50,533 bases of DNA, taken from positions 1-50,533 of the forward strand of contig JAVEBF010000022.1 in NCBI GenBank assembly GCA_051941275.1, in the 5' to 3' direction. How positions within the stretch are numbered: position 1 is the stretch's first letter; every line of letters starts with the position of its first letter. The notes under the pieces were generated by a model. The model did no database searches. It was given only the letters and a program-made list of their open reading frames with translations, and was not told the DNA's origin. Both the position numbers and the translations under genes were made by a program. Of the stretch, positions 48,630 through 50,533 are shown one piece after another. This stretch comes from Dirinaria sp. TL-2023a. Taxonomy: Eukaryota.

Positions 48630-49221
48630 ACAGTCAATCTTCTCACTTGCAGGAAAAGTCTGGATTCGTCCCAGGATGTTCGAGTTCCCCCCCTCTTTCC
48701 CCACAATATTGGACTTGCATAGGGCACATGCTTTCCAAGGGAACGTTTTCTTCGCAATCCAGCATTTTGTTTTTGGCGTTCAGCAGGAATGCGAGAATGA
48801 TACCCAACCGGGTCCGAGAGCGACGGGCGGCACCGGGCACGGCTTACGGGGCACATGGGCGTTGTGCACGACATTCGTTTCATATTTCCTCTTCGGCCCT
48901 CTTTTTTTTTTTTTTTTTTTTTTTCCCCCATCGGATCGGGCATCTGATCTTCCAGCGAAAGCGACCAGTCATTGATTCTCGCCGGGCTTGGCGTTTTTTA
49001 CCGACGTCACATCCGGCTGGTGCCGAGACTGACACTTCCGCTTGACGAGTTGACAGCCATAGAAGTTCGCTTGCTCCCTCTGTTACGCACCTCATGCTGC
49101 CATGCTTCTCATGCATGCACATAACGCCGAGTATGGATAAGCACCCCGACGGGAGGTACGAGTACTCGTACCCTAATGCCGGCATTTGTTCAAATGGGTT
49201 TCACGATGCACGCACTACCAC

Positions 49222-49258
49222 TCCTACCCTTACCCTTACCCTACCCCTCACCCTACCC
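49222..49258. repeat. Degenerate (ACCCTT/ACCCT) microsatellite
   Basis: CTACCCTTACCCTTACCCTACCCCTCACCCTACCC. Confidence 0.6.
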
Positions 49259-50533
49259 AGACTTCAGACTCTTTCTCTTTGCTCTCCTTTCTTGCTTTGA
49301 CTTGCATTCCCGGCGTTCTGGGGTCCTGCACACCAAGAAGATACCATTAGATTCCTGTCGGTTTTTTACGGTTCTCCGCCTTAGGCCCCATGATGGCGTC
49401 AAGACTAAGGCATTGGCGTTGGGTTTTTCGGCGATCAGAGAACATCGGTAGCAGCTATAGCCTGCAACTAAGTAGCCCACTCACAACAGATCACGTACGT
49501 CTGCATACGTGGCATGAAGTTTCAACCACACTATTGTTCGTCAGTGGCATTGGATATCTTGATTATCCTTTGACGTCAATTGACCCTACCTGATTCTCCT
49601 GGCACTTCCTGAGGTAAGGCAATCGCCGATTCGAACCGTCACCACACCCAGTCATACCGATTGGATATTCATCGACTGAATTCGATCAGTGGTTATGCAC
49701 CTTGAAATCCATTGCCACCAGCCAACAGAGCCAGATACCGAAGAAGACGATGGAGGAGGGATTCGCCACACAGCGATGGAGAACATCCTCCCCAAAACCC
49801 AGACACCTTGATGGTGGGCAGTGTTCGATTGAAATCCTGTTAACCTCCATACCAAAGGTGTCTAGGGATGAATGCTAAAAGTTTGTCCCTGGCGGCTAAC
49901 TTCTGGAAAACAATGAAATGAAGAATTATCCCCTAATTTTTTTTCCCGCCTATTTTCCATCGATATCTAGGTGAAAATGTAGTAAAGTACATGTTTGGGG
50001 GTACAATGTACCGATCTATTCCAGCTTTTAAACCCTTGCACCTTTTTGTTCCCATGCTCATGATCCATCTACTTGCATTATTGCAGAAACTATCCTTCAG
50101 AGACCCCGGATTCACCTTTCGCGTTTCCAGCATTGCTAGGCGCTCGCACAAGCTCAAAAACCATGTCGTGGTACTCGTACAAAGCTCCACTAAAGAAAGA
50201 CCAACCCTTGAAGGGCCGCCGACACTTATTCAATCGAACTTTCAGTAGCCCACTAAATAAACGTCAGTCGAGTGACGAGTCCCACGTTGCGGCTCAAAGG
50301 ATCCAGGTACCGATCTTTTCCCAAAACACGAAAAGCCGCAAGTCGCATCCAAGCAGATCACTTCCCACACTTAGCAAAACACGCGACCTTCTCATTTGCT
50401 CGCGCGTTAAAAGAACCCTCTCGATTTGCTGATTCCCAACCTAGACTCACATTCCATATGAAATGCGATTATTCCGCAACAAAAGAGTACATACGCCACC
50501 ATGATGGCGCATCAAAACCCCACCAACCCTCCC

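Noticed and set aside
48470..49045. ORFs spanning the poly-T tract (poly-Phe/poly-Lys)
   Set aside because: Artefacts of a T-homopolymer in the 3' flank of the preceding gene.

Overview
This is intron-rich genomic DNA from a filamentous ascomycete (Pezizomycotina; a lichen-forming Lecanoromycete is plausible but not provable from this window). The left ~22 kb is accessory. It opens with a decayed retro/DNA-transposon nest that is strikingly depleted of CC/GG dinucleotides. This is followed by a secreted cutinase, a PTH11-like membrane protein, a GST-like protein and MITEs, then a small, apparently decaying secondary-metabolite cassette: a non-canonical citrate synthase (1-nt frameshift), a DHA1 MFS exporter and a stand-alone adenylation enzyme (internal TAG). 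The right ~28 kb is mostly core genes: BMT6-like methyltransferase, two hydrophilin-like proteins, NHP2, QCR8, PHB1, a Zn2Cys6 gene with a degenerate C-terminus, a LaeA-like methyltransferase, LYRM5/ETFRF1, a DUF2235 hydrolase and a Ser/Pro-rich conserved protein. It also holds a PpoC-type dioxygenase-P450 fusion that keeps the heme Cys but has Ile in place of the I-helix Asn. All exon structures were read by eye and no database searches were run.
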